Positions 26,942 through 35,327 of a stretch of DNA of 35,327 nt are shown piece by piece; position 1 is the first letter of the stretch; every line of letters starts with the position of its first letter. Made by a program: the position numbers and the translations under genes. Below the pieces are notes generated by a model that was given only the letters and a program-made list of their open reading frames with translations, was not told the DNA's origin and did no database searches. The stretch lies in sequence record DRR723986_4190, one strand, 5' to 3'.

Positions 26942-27092
26942 GGTCAAGTTCCGTAATGAAATTGAAGAATTGGGATATAAAAGAGAACAACAAGACTTAT
27001 TACGCTAAACAATTCACAAAGGTTACAGTAAATCGATTTAAGTTCGATGAGGATTGTTGCGCCAGTGGCCAGATAGCGCTTCATTCTTGCGA

Positions 27093-27995
27093 TTAATCGG
27101 ATTGCTTGATGGCCAACCAGGCCTCGTAACCACCTTCCAGGGCTTTGGCCTGCCTGTAACCCTGTTTGCGCAAAAGGCCAGCCACATGGGCGGCACTGAC
27201 ATCATCAGGACAAGCACACATGGTCACGATCAAGTCAGTTTTGGGCCAGGCGCGGGCTGCGGCCAAAGCGCTTTCGGCGTTGGCGGGTAACCAGCCTGCC
27301 AATGGCTCGGCTTCCTGAACTATGGCGGGCCGCAGATCGACGAGCCGTATATTGGAATGACCGGTTTTGACCAAAGCCAGCACTTCATCGGCGGGCACTT
27401 TGGGCATTTTCAAGCGCGCCTGAAATGCATCGCGGCGGGCCAACTTCCACATCAGCCAGAACGCGCAAATCAGTGCGGCCACCACACCCACAATGAAAAG
27501 ATTGTCCTGCAAAGCTGCAAACACTGCATTGACCTGATCCTGAAACAACCAGCCAGCCAACAGGGCAGCCATGGCCCACAAAAACGCGCCCACAGCCGAG
27601 GCAATCGTGAACTTGAGAATGGACATTTTCACAGCGCCTGCAATGGGAGGCGCCACCGTGGAAAACCCGGGAATGAACTTGGCGACCACCAGTGACCAAG
27701 GACCCCACACGCGAAAACGGGATTCAGTTTGGCTGACACACGATTCAGGGTTAATGGACAATTTACACAGTATGGAGAGGACCCGGTAGCCGTAGTAACG
27801 ACCCGCGATGTACCAAACCCAGTCAGCAATCAAGGACGCAGAAGTTGCAATCACTGCCAGCAAGAAAATACCCGACCACTGCCCTGACAAACTGGCTGAC
27901 AAGATCATGGTGGGCACGGCAGGCACAGGTGCGCCCAACTGCTGCAACAGCACGTTGAAGAAAACCAGAACTTCTGTGGTTTCAAACAAAGACAT
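27093..27995 (-). CDS. DedA (VTT) family membrane protein fused to a rhodanese domain
   Basis: QQLGAPVPAVP, AKFIPGFSTVAPP (DedA); VDLR, MCACPDD and LEGGYEAW (rhodanese). Confidence 0.9.
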   Translation of the reverse strand: MSLFETTEVLVFFNVLLQQLGAPVPAVPTMILSASLSGQWSGIFLLAVIATSASLIADWVWYIAGRYYGYRVLSILCKLSINPESCVSQTESRFRVWGPWSLVVAKFIPGFSTVAPPIAGAVKMSILKFTIASAVGAFLWAMAALLAGWLFQDQVNAVFAALQDNLFIVGVVAALICAFWLMWKLARRDAFQARLKMPKVPADEVLALVKTGHSNIRLVDLRPAIVQEAEPLAGWLPANAESALAAARAWPKTDLIVTMCACPDDVSAAHVAGLLRKQGYRQAKALEGGYEAWLAIKQSD

Positions 27996-28176
27996 GGTGA
28001 GGACCGCCAAAAACTGCCCGGCAAAAATGTGCGCTATTTGCAGATAGCAACATCATAAGCATTTTCCAGTGACGGAAACGTGTTTTAGAGGAATGACTCT
28101 GGGTTTTGGTCAACGCCGGGTCACAAAGTGACGTTACCCTGACACCTCGAGTAATTCAACATGAAGGAGTACACAC

Positions 28177-28461
28177 ATGGCAGACCTCGAACACTACAAG
28201 GCCAAGCTGAACGCCCAACTGGACGAATGGAAAGCAGACCTGGACAAACTCAAGGCCAAAGCCGACGGTAAATCTGCTGACGCCAAAAAAGAGTTGAACG
28301 AATCAATCGATGCACTGGAAGCCAAGCTGGCGCAGGGCCGCTCAAAACTGGAAGAGCTCAAGGGCGCCAGCGCTGAAGCCTTCGACAGCTTGAAAGAAGG
28401 TGCGAACAGCGCTTGGGACAGCATCAAAGAGGCCTTTGACAAGGCCAAGTCCAAGTTCTAA
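28177..28461 (+). CDS. Small helical coiled-coil protein (Sll1863-like stress-response type)
   Basis: AAGGAG RBS; Y.AKL.AQLDEW.ADLDKLKAKA...AW...K.AF..A.SKF pattern. Confidence 0.8.
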   Translation: MADLEHYKAKLNAQLDEWKADLDKLKAKADGKSADAKKELNESIDALEAKLAQGRSKLEELKGASAEAFDSLKEGANSAWDSIKEAFDKAKSKF

Positions 28462-28474
28462 ACCTTGATGAGGC

Positions 28475-30082
28475 TTATTGCGAAAACAGCGGATCGTAAG
28501 CCTGCAAATTCAACGCTGGGGTTGTAAAAGGCCCCAGCGACACAGTCTCCTCATAAAACGATTGGCATTCAAACAAGCCGTTGCCAAACTCATTTTCCGT
28601 CAAGATATATCCCAATGAATTGTGGGTCAGGCCGAGCAACATCATGGGGTTTTCGCTTCGCGCACGAATGGAGTCAGCCATGCCTTTGGAGCCTTCGCCA
28701 GGAATGGTGACCAGCTCCAGCACCTTGCCCTCGCCCTGCCCCAATTGAATTCGGCTGACCGGCGTTTCCGCATACAAAGCCACCTGCGGCAAGTTCTCGA
28801 ACCCCGGAATATTGGCGGCAAGTTCCTCGCCCAGCGGGGTGAAGTTGTAATAGCCATTGAAACTTCGCAGGCCGCCTGCCCCCACGAACAGCGGGTTGGT
28901 CACCGGAAGAAATGCGGTGGCATGATTCACCAGCAAACCACCCTCTACCTTTTTGCGACCAGGCAAGGCATTCATCGCGGCTTGCGCCACTGACACGCCC
29001 ATGGCGTTTGCCCTTTCATAGGGGTCTTCCGCAGCGGGCGCACGGGGCGATGCATCTGCAATCGCACCGTTGTAGAACAACACTGTTGAATCGAAGTTTC
29101 GCTCCAGCAAGCGCAGCGCTCCTCCCACCCAGTCGGTGTGCACCAGGCGGTTGCTGGAATTCAATACAGTGGGGTGTGCGGCATAGTTCAACACAGAGCC
29201 CAACACCTCACCTCGGGCAGTGCGGGCCTGCAGCAAAGTAAGCGTCGGGTCGGGAATTCTGGAATCATCCGGGTCACATCGCCGAAAGTTGTTCAAGCGC
29301 GCTTCGCCTTCCAGTACAGTTTGCGCGAAATCAACATAGGCTGGCTTCAGGTTGGCCACAGCCTCGGCCGTGGCTTCGGCGGCCAATTGGTACAGGCCAC
29401 CTTTCAAAGCCGGGTCACATGCCTGCGCAGGGTCAGCCTGCTCACAATTCAACCAACTGCCGGGTACTCCACCCCACAAACCCTGCAGATCGGCACCGGA
29501 GTGCGAATGGGTTTGTGCAAACAATACATTGTTGGGTGGGACACTGGCAGCCTGAGCTACGGCGGCTTTCAGTTTGTTTTGAATCACATTGCCCGCACCT
29601 ATCGCGTCGATGGTGACAAACACCACCCGGCTCGCAGGCTCAGCCTGCCCCTCCAGCACAAACACACGCACAAAAGTGCCATCGCCGATTCCGTTGGCGG
29701 GTGGCCCGCCGATATCGAAGTTCACAAGGTCTTGCGGTCCGTTGAATGCAAACCCGCCATACCCCCCCAGATTGAATTGTTGCAGCTTGCCGACCACCGG
29801 CGTGCTGCTGGTGACCACACCCTGAATTTGTGCGGGAGTCGGGTCAATGTTTCGTTTGGCCGAAGCTGCACGAAATTGGGAAGTGTCGAGCAAGTTCGGA
29901 TTACCGCCACCGTTGCCGCCACCATTGCCACCACCGTTTCCAGGGGGTGGATCCACGATCACAGGTGGGTCGTTTTCATTGGTGTCAGTTCGCGAGGCAG
30001 TCACTGAATCGTTGCCGGAATTCAAACAGGCCGACAACAAGAAGCACTGAAACAAGGTAACCCATCGAATTGTTTTGATCAT
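28475..30082 (-). CDS. Lipoprotein with a neutral/alkaline ceramidase-like amidohydrolase domain
   Basis: Lipobox LLSAC; Pro/Gly linker; VTIDAIG, QTHSHSG, NYAAHPT, NGAIAD, IPGE, LGLTHNSLGY and YEE motifs. Confidence 0.75.
   Translation of the reverse strand: MIKTIRWVTLFQCFLLSACLNSGNDSVTASRTDTNENDPPVIVDPPPGNGGGNGGGNGGGNPNLLDTSQFRAASAKRNIDPTPAQIQGVVTSSTPVVGKLQQFNLGGYGGFAFNGPQDLVNFDIGGPPANGIGDGTFVRVFVLEGQAEPASRVVFVTIDAIGAGNVIQNKLKAAVAQAASVPPNNVLFAQTHSHSGADLQGLWGGVPGSWLNCEQADPAQACDPALKGGLYQLAAEATAEAVANLKPAYVDFAQTVLEGEARLNNFRRCDPDDSRIPDPTLTLLQARTARGEVLGSVLNYAAHPTVLNSSNRLVHTDWVGGALRLLERNFDSTVLFYNGAIADASPRAPAAEDPYERANAMGVSVAQAAMNALPGRKKVEGGLLVNHATAFLPVTNPLFVGAGGLRSFNGYYNFTPLGEELAANIPGFENLPQVALYAETPVSRIQLGQGEGKVLELVTIPGEGSKGMADSIRARSENPMMLLGLTHNSLGYILTENEFGNGLFECQSFYEETVSLGPFTTPALNLQAYDPLFSQ
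29901..29943 (-). repeat. Degenerate 12-bp coding repeat, (GNGG)n linker
   Basis: Encodes GNGGGNGGGNGGGN in the lipoprotein tether. Confidence 0.7.
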
Positions 30083-30091
30083 TGCGGCCCC

Positions 30092-32545
30092 TTACTTCAA
30101 CGACGGGTTGAACCCGCGAGACGTGCATGGCATGCCATTGCACACATCAATCAACGCACCCTGCTTTTTCAAGAACGCAGACTTCATGTCCATGTTTTTT
30201 TCTTCGTTGCGGGGGTGACCGTGCGGATCGGCACCATAACCTGTGGTCATGGGTCGGTTGTCCAGCGGCGGCGGCGCACTGCCATTGGGATTCGCAGAAC
30301 CATCGGCATTCGTCATGGGGCCGCTGTCCCACACGGTGAGCGCATTGCCTGCATGCGGATACTTTTTGATGCATGGCAAACCGAAATACGGATGATCATC
30401 GGGGTGCCTGCGCCCGAAAGACACATTCGGAAACTGCTCCTGTTCGGCACGCACAGCAGGGTGGGCCTGCTTGAGCACCGCAGGCCCGCGCTGAGCGGAA
30501 GGACCACCCACCACGGCGGGGCATTGCAATGGCGCCTCTATGGTTCTCGCCATGATTTCCGCAGTGTTCATATACACCTGGTGATCAGCAAATGCGGGGA
30601 TCAGCAATACACGCTTGTTGGGTCGCGTGCCAGGCAACTCCCGACCTGGGGCCAAACTCCAGGCGTAACCATTGTTCTCACCCCGATCCCACAACATCTG
30701 AATCAGCGAGAGAATGAATTGCTGATCCAGCGAGGCGGGATAAGACTCGTAAAACGCAGGGGCGTAGGGTGCAAAATCCACGGAGCGTTGCAACAAGGTG
30801 GAGTAGGCCATGCCCGGTACACCCAACGTTGCGGCTTGAATGTCCGGCGAGATCGCTGTGACAGGCCCACCATTGATGCCGCCTTGCGAATTGCCGTCGT
30901 AAAACAGTTCGCTGCGGTCAATCAGGCATTTGCCCTCTTTCTGAAAAGCGGGGTGAGTACAAAATCCATTCTCGGAAATCATGGCCCGACCCAACATCGT
31001 GAAGTTCAAAAAGCCCTGTTGCAACCGATCGGTGAGGCGATTGAAGCCGCTGAAGTCCGTCAACATCAACACCGTACTGGCCAAATCACCGCCCGCCGCA
31101 TCCCAGAAGGGATCGTATTTGCGATTGTCATCGGGATCATCAGGCTGATTGCCCGTGGCCAAGCCGGCCCAATCCACCATGCAGAACAGGAAATTGTGGC
31201 GCTCGGCCATCACGCGCACATTCAAATCATAGGTGTTGCCTTCATCGCGAGAGCCCAGCAAACCATGACCATACAAGGACGCGCGCGCAGGTTCACCCGT
31301 GTCCAGGTTTTTGCGCGCAATGGAGCAAATGAACGGCACGCTGGCATTTGGCGTCAGGGGGTTGCGCTGCGGCAGGGCTGTGGCCGGGCTGCCAGTGGGC
31401 ACCAGCGGATAGTTGTAAGTGCCACCCGACAAACAATTCGGGCTGGTGAGAAAACATGGCACATCAATGTGACCACGAATTCGTCTTGCGGTAATTTCAC
31501 TGGCTGATCCGTTCTCCGGATTCTCAATCACTGCATCAATCGTAAAGTTGGGCGATTGCGAGGCTGTCGCTTCGATGGACACATCACGCGCATGAATCAG
31601 GCGTTCAGTCAGGTTCCTTTCTGATGCGACAGTGAAGTCCCATGCAAGGTAGAGATTTTCACGTTCAACACCCGCCAGGTTCAGCACGCTGAAAATATTT
31701 TCCATCAGCGGTTTGCGGGCATTTTGCGCAGCGTTCGCCAGCGGTGTGCCATCCCGGTACGCCTTGAATACCGGGTTGGGCTGTAGGGTGTCGCCAGCAC
31801 TGTTTTTCAGATTTCGCATGGCCACGATGTAACGTCGCCCCGGTTCCAGATTTTTGGCCACCCGAATGACCAATGCGGGGCCAGGATCTGCGTTGGGCAA
31901 GCTCAAACGGCCCTGGGTGATGTTGGCGTCCAGTTCAGCCCAAATCAATTGCTTCTTCAAAGTCAAGGTGTCAATCAGCACAATCGGCTGATTGCGCTGC
32001 AAACTCGCTTCGATATTGGTAATGGGCACTGCACCCGTTTTTTGCAAATCAAGCCCGGGTACACGCGTCAGAATAGGTTGACCGGGAGAAAACCCGTCAT
32101 TGCGATTCCAGTCAGTGGGATCGATGGGCTTGCCCGCAATGTTCTTGGGCATGGCCAATGCATTCAAATTCACCCGCATCTTGGTGTCGGTTTGCGTGTC
32201 TGCGGTTGTGAAGTAATTGTTCGGAAATGGGAACAGACAGTAGGCCGGGTCCAGCGGATCACAGCGCTCGGCACCCGCTGGCGCAGCGCCGGTGCCGGCT
32301 GGCTCAGTTCGTACCACAGGGTCTTTAGGAAACAAGGGAGGCTCAACACCCCCGCCACCATCGTCACCCCCGCCATCGCCAGGGTTGTCTGGATCTTCCG
32401 GATCCACCGGCGTGTCGGGTTCCTCCTCATTGGGATTGGTGATGGTGGGGTTGTCAGCCTGCGGCGATGCTGAATCGCCCATGCACCCACCCAATAGCAA
32501 AGCCCAAGCCAATACAATGGCCCCAACCCGGTTTGTCGTCCTCAT
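30092..32545 (-). CDS. Large lipoprotein with a C-terminal alpha/beta-hydrolase (lipase-like) domain
   Basis: Lipobox LLGGC; acidic Pro/Gly tether; NDGFSP N-terminal domain; LYGHGLLG oxyanion region, GNSQGG nucleophile elbow, candidate Asp (ADHQV) and His (DPHG). Confidence 0.78.
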   Translation of the reverse strand: MRTTNRVGAIVLAWALLLGGCMGDSASPQADNPTITNPNEEEPDTPVDPEDPDNPGDGGGDDGGGGVEPPLFPKDPVVRTEPAGTGAAPAGAERCDPLDPAYCLFPFPNNYFTTADTQTDTKMRVNLNALAMPKNIAGKPIDPTDWNRNDGFSPGQPILTRVPGLDLQKTGAVPITNIEASLQRNQPIVLIDTLTLKKQLIWAELDANITQGRLSLPNADPGPALVIRVAKNLEPGRRYIVAMRNLKNSAGDTLQPNPVFKAYRDGTPLANAAQNARKPLMENIFSVLNLAGVERENLYLAWDFTVASERNLTERLIHARDVSIEATASQSPNFTIDAVIENPENGSASEITARRIRGHIDVPCFLTSPNCLSGGTYNYPLVPTGSPATALPQRNPLTPNASVPFICSIARKNLDTGEPARASLYGHGLLGSRDEGNTYDLNVRVMAERHNFLFCMVDWAGLATGNQPDDPDDNRKYDPFWDAAGGDLASTVLMLTDFSGFNRLTDRLQQGFLNFTMLGRAMISENGFCTHPAFQKEGKCLIDRSELFYDGNSQGGINGGPVTAISPDIQAATLGVPGMAYSTLLQRSVDFAPYAPAFYESYPASLDQQFILSLIQMLWDRGENNGYAWSLAPGRELPGTRPNKRVLLIPAFADHQVYMNTAEIMARTIEAPLQCPAVVGGPSAQRGPAVLKQAHPAVRAEQEQFPNVSFGRRHPDDHPYFGLPCIKKYPHAGNALTVWDSGPMTNADGSANPNGSAPPPLDNRPMTTGYGADPHGHPRNEEKNMDMKSAFLKKQGALIDVCNGMPCTSRGFNPSLK

Positions 32546-32585
32546 GTCTCTCTCTTTGTACGTGGGGCCTTGTGTTCGACCCTTA

Positions 32586-32603
32586 AGTTACATTACTGTA
32601 ACT
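32586..32603. promoter_or_regulatory. TetR-type operator palindrome
   Basis: AGTTACA-TTAC-TGTAACT between the divergent lipoprotein operon and tetR. Confidence 0.65.
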
Positions 32604-32671
32604 AGAGATTAATTTATGAAGTTGTAATACGTCTAGTGTAGTTTTTCCATAGTAAATTCAACGAGTTAACA

Positions 32672-33271
32672 ATGTTAAAACCAGTGCAAACCCGCATGAA
32701 ACCTGAGGACAGAGAACGTCAACTGCTCGAAGTTGCGCAGCGGATGTTTGTGGAAAGGGGTTACCAAGGCACAGCCATGGAAGACATTGCGAGGGCGGCT
32801 GGCGTGACCCGGCCCGTGGTGTACAAACTATTTGGCAACAAGGACGGCATTTACCTTGCTTGTTTGAAGAAAGCGCGGGAAGTGCTGAACAGTTACATCA
32901 TTGAGCGTGCTCTCGAGGGCAACGGTCTTCAGGGTCGCTTGCGCGGCGGCATAGAGGGCTATTTTTCATTTGTGGAAGTTGAGCGGGATGCATTTCGATT
33001 TCTCTACGACAGTGGTGCTGCTGTAGCTGGCCCAGCCGCACAAGCCGCAGGGCAACTGCGCTTTGACACGGTAAACCGCATTGCCCTTCTACTGGGCGAT
33101 TTAAAAGGCATTGTGTCGGAAGAAGAAATTGTGGCCACCGCCCACGCCCTGTCGGGCGCAGGAGAACAGCTGGCCAAGTGGTGGCTGACTCAACCCCACT
33201 TGCCCAAAGCCACGGTGGTGAACACCATGTTCAATCTGCTTTGGGCGGGGTTGGTTCAACATCAAAAATGA
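32672..33271 (+). CDS. TetR/AcrR family transcriptional regulator
   Basis: RERQLLEVAQRMFVERGYQGTAMEDIARAAGVTRPVVYKLFGNKDG helix-turn-helix. Confidence 0.93.
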   Translation: MLKPVQTRMKPEDRERQLLEVAQRMFVERGYQGTAMEDIARAAGVTRPVVYKLFGNKDGIYLACLKKAREVLNSYIIERALEGNGLQGRLRGGIEGYFSFVEVERDAFRFLYDSGAAVAGPAAQAAGQLRFDTVNRIALLLGDLKGIVSEEEIVATAHALSGAGEQLAKWWLTQPHLPKATVVNTMFNLLWAGLVQHQK

Positions 33272-33467
33272 TGCTTAGGGTGGTGGACGACACGTTTACG
33301 ATCACAGTCGGGGTTTGTTTTGCAGTGCACCACCACACTCAAGAAAATCATCAGGAATTCGTCAATCAGCATTTTTTTAGAGTCTTTTTTCAAAACAATT
33401 CTCATCCATCATTCTTCAAAAAACCCCTCAAAACCCTTTTCCCTTTTGGATTAGAGAGTTAGAGTCG

Positions 33468-33556
33468 ATTCAAGCAAGTAATTGACTCGATAGTCGTTTT
33501 TCATCGATAATCTTATCCAATTAACTTTTGCAATCGCACAATTTATTCGATACAAT
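33468..33556 (+). promoter_or_regulatory. ahpC promoter with a probable OxyR-binding region
   Basis: TTGCAA (33528-33533), N17, TACAAT (33551-33556); upstream degenerate ATTC-N7-TAAT-N7-ATAG-N7-TCAT (33468-33504). ahpC is a standard OxyR target. Confidence 0.55.
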
Positions 33557-33606
33557 GGCATGGAATTAATTTACTGACTGTTCATTAACTTTTTGGAGGA
33601 CTTCAA

Positions 33607-34170
33607 ATGTCTCTGATCAACACCACAATCAAGCCATTCAAAGCCACTGCTTACTGGAACGGCAAAGAAATCAACCTGACCGAAGCCGACGTGTTGGGCA
33701 AGTGGTCTGTGTTCTTCTTCTACCCAGCTGACTTCACCTTCGTATGCCCCACCGAATTGGGCGACCTGGCTGACCAGTACGAAGAACTGAAGGCCATGGG
33801 CGTTGAAGTGTTCTCTGTATCAACTGACACCCACTTCACACACAAAGCTTGGGCCGACGCCACCGAAACCATCGGCAAAATCCGCTTCCCAATGATTGGC
33901 GACCCCACCGGTCAAATCACACGCAACTTCGGCGTGATGATTGAAGAAGAAGGTTTGGCACTGCGCGGTACTTTTGTACTCGACCCACAGGGCGTGATCA
34001 AAGTGATGGAAGTGCACGACCTTGGAATTGGCCGTGACGCATCTGAACTGAAGCGCAAGATTCAAGCCGCACAGTACATCGCCAAGAATCCTGGCCAGGC
34101 TTGCCCTGCCAAGTGGAAGGAAGGCGATGCCGCTTTGACTCCTTCACTGGACCTGGTAGGCAAAATCTAA
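33607..34170 (+). CDS. ahpC: Alkyl hydroperoxide reductase subunit C (2-Cys peroxiredoxin)
   Basis: [21 protein letters not shown] and SLDLVGKI; 187 aa; GGAGG RBS. Confidence 0.98.
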   Translation: MSLINTTIKPFKATAYWNGKEINLTEADVLGKWSVFFFYPADFTFVCPTELGDLADQYEELKAMGVEVFSVSTDTHFTHKAWADATETIGKIRFPMIGDPTGQITRNFGVMIEEEGLALRGTFVLDPQGVIKVMEVHDLGIGRDASELKRKIQAAQYIAKNPGQACPAKWKEGDAALTPSLDLVGKI

Positions 34171-34202
34171 ATTCAAATCACCTTTGAATTTTTAGCAGTA
34201 AA

Positions 34203-34223
34203 CCGCTCCCCACAAGGGAGCGG
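34203..34223 (+). other. Intercistronic stem-loop between ahpC and ahpF
   Basis: CCGCTCCC-CACAA-GGGAGCGG, with no U-tract directly after the stem. Confidence 0.55.
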
Positions 34224-34266
34224 CCCCTTGTTCACACACATCTGACGAACATCCCCGGAGTACCCC

Positions 34267-35327
34267 ATGCTCGACGCAAACATCAAACAACAACTGAAGA
34301 CCTATCTGCAAATGCTGCGCCACCCCATTGAATTGGTGGCCTCGCTGGACAACAGCGACAAGGCACGCGATATGGAACAGCTGGTGCAAGAAATCGCGGA
34401 GTGCTCAGACAAAGTGTCTGTGCGCCTGGACGGCAACTACAACCTGCGCCCCTCATTCTCAATTGCCAAGCAAGGTGAGGAAGGCCGCGTGCGTTTTGCC
34501 GGTTTGCCCATGGGACATGAATTCACCTCGCTGCTGCTCGGCCTGCTTCATGTAGGCGGCCACCCACCCAAAGTGGAAGCAGATGTGATCGAACAAATCA
34601 AAGGCTTGCAGGCACCCGCCCATGGTGGTCACTTTGAAACCGTGATTTCATTGAGCTGCCACAACTGTCCTGACGTGGTACAAGCCTTCAACACCATTGC
34701 AGCATTGAACCCGGCATTTAGCCACACCATGATCGATGGCGGCATGTTCCAGCCACTTGTTGAACAGCGCAAGGTCATGGCAGTCCCCACCGTGTTTCAA
34801 GGTACACAAGGGAATAGCAACGAAAGCTTCGGCTCCGGCCGAATGACACTGGAAGAAATTGTCGCCAAGCTGGACACTGGCGCTGCTGAAAAGGACGCAG
34901 CCAAACTGAATGCCAAAGGCGAGTTTGATGTGCTGATTGTGGGCGGTGGCCCCGCCGGCGCAGCCGCTGCGATTTATGCTGCGCGTAAAGGCGTGAAAAC
35001 CGGCATCGTCACCGAGCGCTTCGGTGGCCAGGTTCTGGACACACTGGGCATTGAAAACTTCATTTCCGTGAAAGAAACAGAAGGCCCCAAGCTGGTGGCT
35101 GCACTGGAACAACACGTGAAGGAATACGACATCGACGTGATGAACCTGCAACGCGCCAAAGGCCTGCAGAAACTGAGCGACGGCAAGGTTGAAGTTGAAC
35201 TGGAAAACGGTGCCAAGCTGACCAGCAAAACCATCATTTTGAGCACCGGCGCACGCTGGCGCGAAATGAATGTGCCAGGCGAAGCCGAGTACCGAAACAA
35301 AGGTGTGGCCTACTGCCCGCACTGCGA
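34267..35327 (+). CDS. ahpF: Alkyl hydroperoxide reductase subunit F (partial, runs off the window)
   Basis: Hand translation [14 protein letters not shown]...[11 protein letters not shown]...[13 protein letters not shown]...GGGPAG...[15 protein letters not shown]. Absent from the ORF track because there is no stop inside the window. Confidence 0.97.
   Translation, partial: MLDANIKQQLKTYLQMLRHPIELVASLDNSDKARDMEQLVQEIAECSDKVSVRLDGNYNLRPSFSIAKQGEEGRVRFAGLPMGHEFTSLLLGLLHVGGHPPKVEADVIEQIKGLQAPAHGGHFETVISLSCHNCPDVVQAFNTIAALNPAFSHTMIDGGMFQPLVEQRKVMAVPTVFQGTQGNSNESFGSGRMTLEEIVAKLDTGAAEKDAAKLNAKGEFDVLIVGGGPAGAAAAIYAARKGVKTGIVTERFGGQVLDTLGIENFISVKETEGPKLVAALEQHVKEYDIDVMNLQRAKGLQKLSDGKVEVELENGAKLTSKTIILSTGARWREMNVPGEAEYRNKGVAYCPHC

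Noticed and set aside
26950-27050. Possible Pho box upstream of the ABC operon (CTGTAAC on the minus strand)
   Set aside because: Only one half-site resembles CTGTCAT and there is no partner at 11-bp spacing, so PhoB control is unsupported.
23526-27995. Selenoprotein readthrough or a selenoneine/arsenosugar biosynthesis cluster
   Set aside because: No in-frame TGA interrupts these genes, and no selD, glycosyltransferase or radical SAM gene is in the window.
28120-28132. Short palindrome GTCAC-AAA-GTGAC upstream of the small helical protein
   Set aside because: 5-bp arms are expected by chance and no regulator is adjacent.
30215-31507. 430-aa plus-strand ORF; likewise 29138-30007, 17971-18849, 11815-12636 and 34648-35322
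   Set aside because: Antisense to well-supported genes and explained by codon bias.
1-35327. Defence island, prophage or mobile element
   Set aside because: No nuclease, defence NTPase, reverse transcriptase, integrase, transposase or phage motifs were recognised, and no obvious compositional break appears in the coding regions.

Overview
About 35 kb of chromosomal, gene-dense DNA of moderate GC. Gene content fits a betaproteobacterium (Burkholderiales; Limnobacter-like is only a guess). I see no rRNA, tRNA, CRISPR array, IS, integrase or phage. In order: the 5' end of a probable T1SS/Bap-type adhesin with PTD repeats (missed by the ORF track); ppnP; a TetR locus with an atypical MBL-fold hydrolase, a membrane protein and an old-yellow-enzyme; a SIMPL protein; a CecR-like TetR/MFP/RND/nitroreductase operon followed by an SGNH hydrolase that appears to lack its N-terminus; a coiled-coil protein with an orphan class I HMG-CoA reductase; a DesC/DesB-type desaturase pair; a LysE/MFS/MocR unit; a GNAT-nitrilase fusion; an HpxW-like Ntn amidohydrolase; a phosphite/phosphonate-family ABC transporter with a Cys-rich metallophosphoesterase-fold gene; a DedA-rhodanese fusion; a small helical protein; two TetR-linked hydrolase lipoproteins; and ahpC-ahpF. 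The best candidate for an undescribed system is the ABC operon at 23526-26941: its binding protein looks HtxB-like, but its only enzyme is a rewired metallophosphoesterase rather than HtxA, PtxD or C-P lyase. All family calls come from motif recognition and recall; no searches were run.
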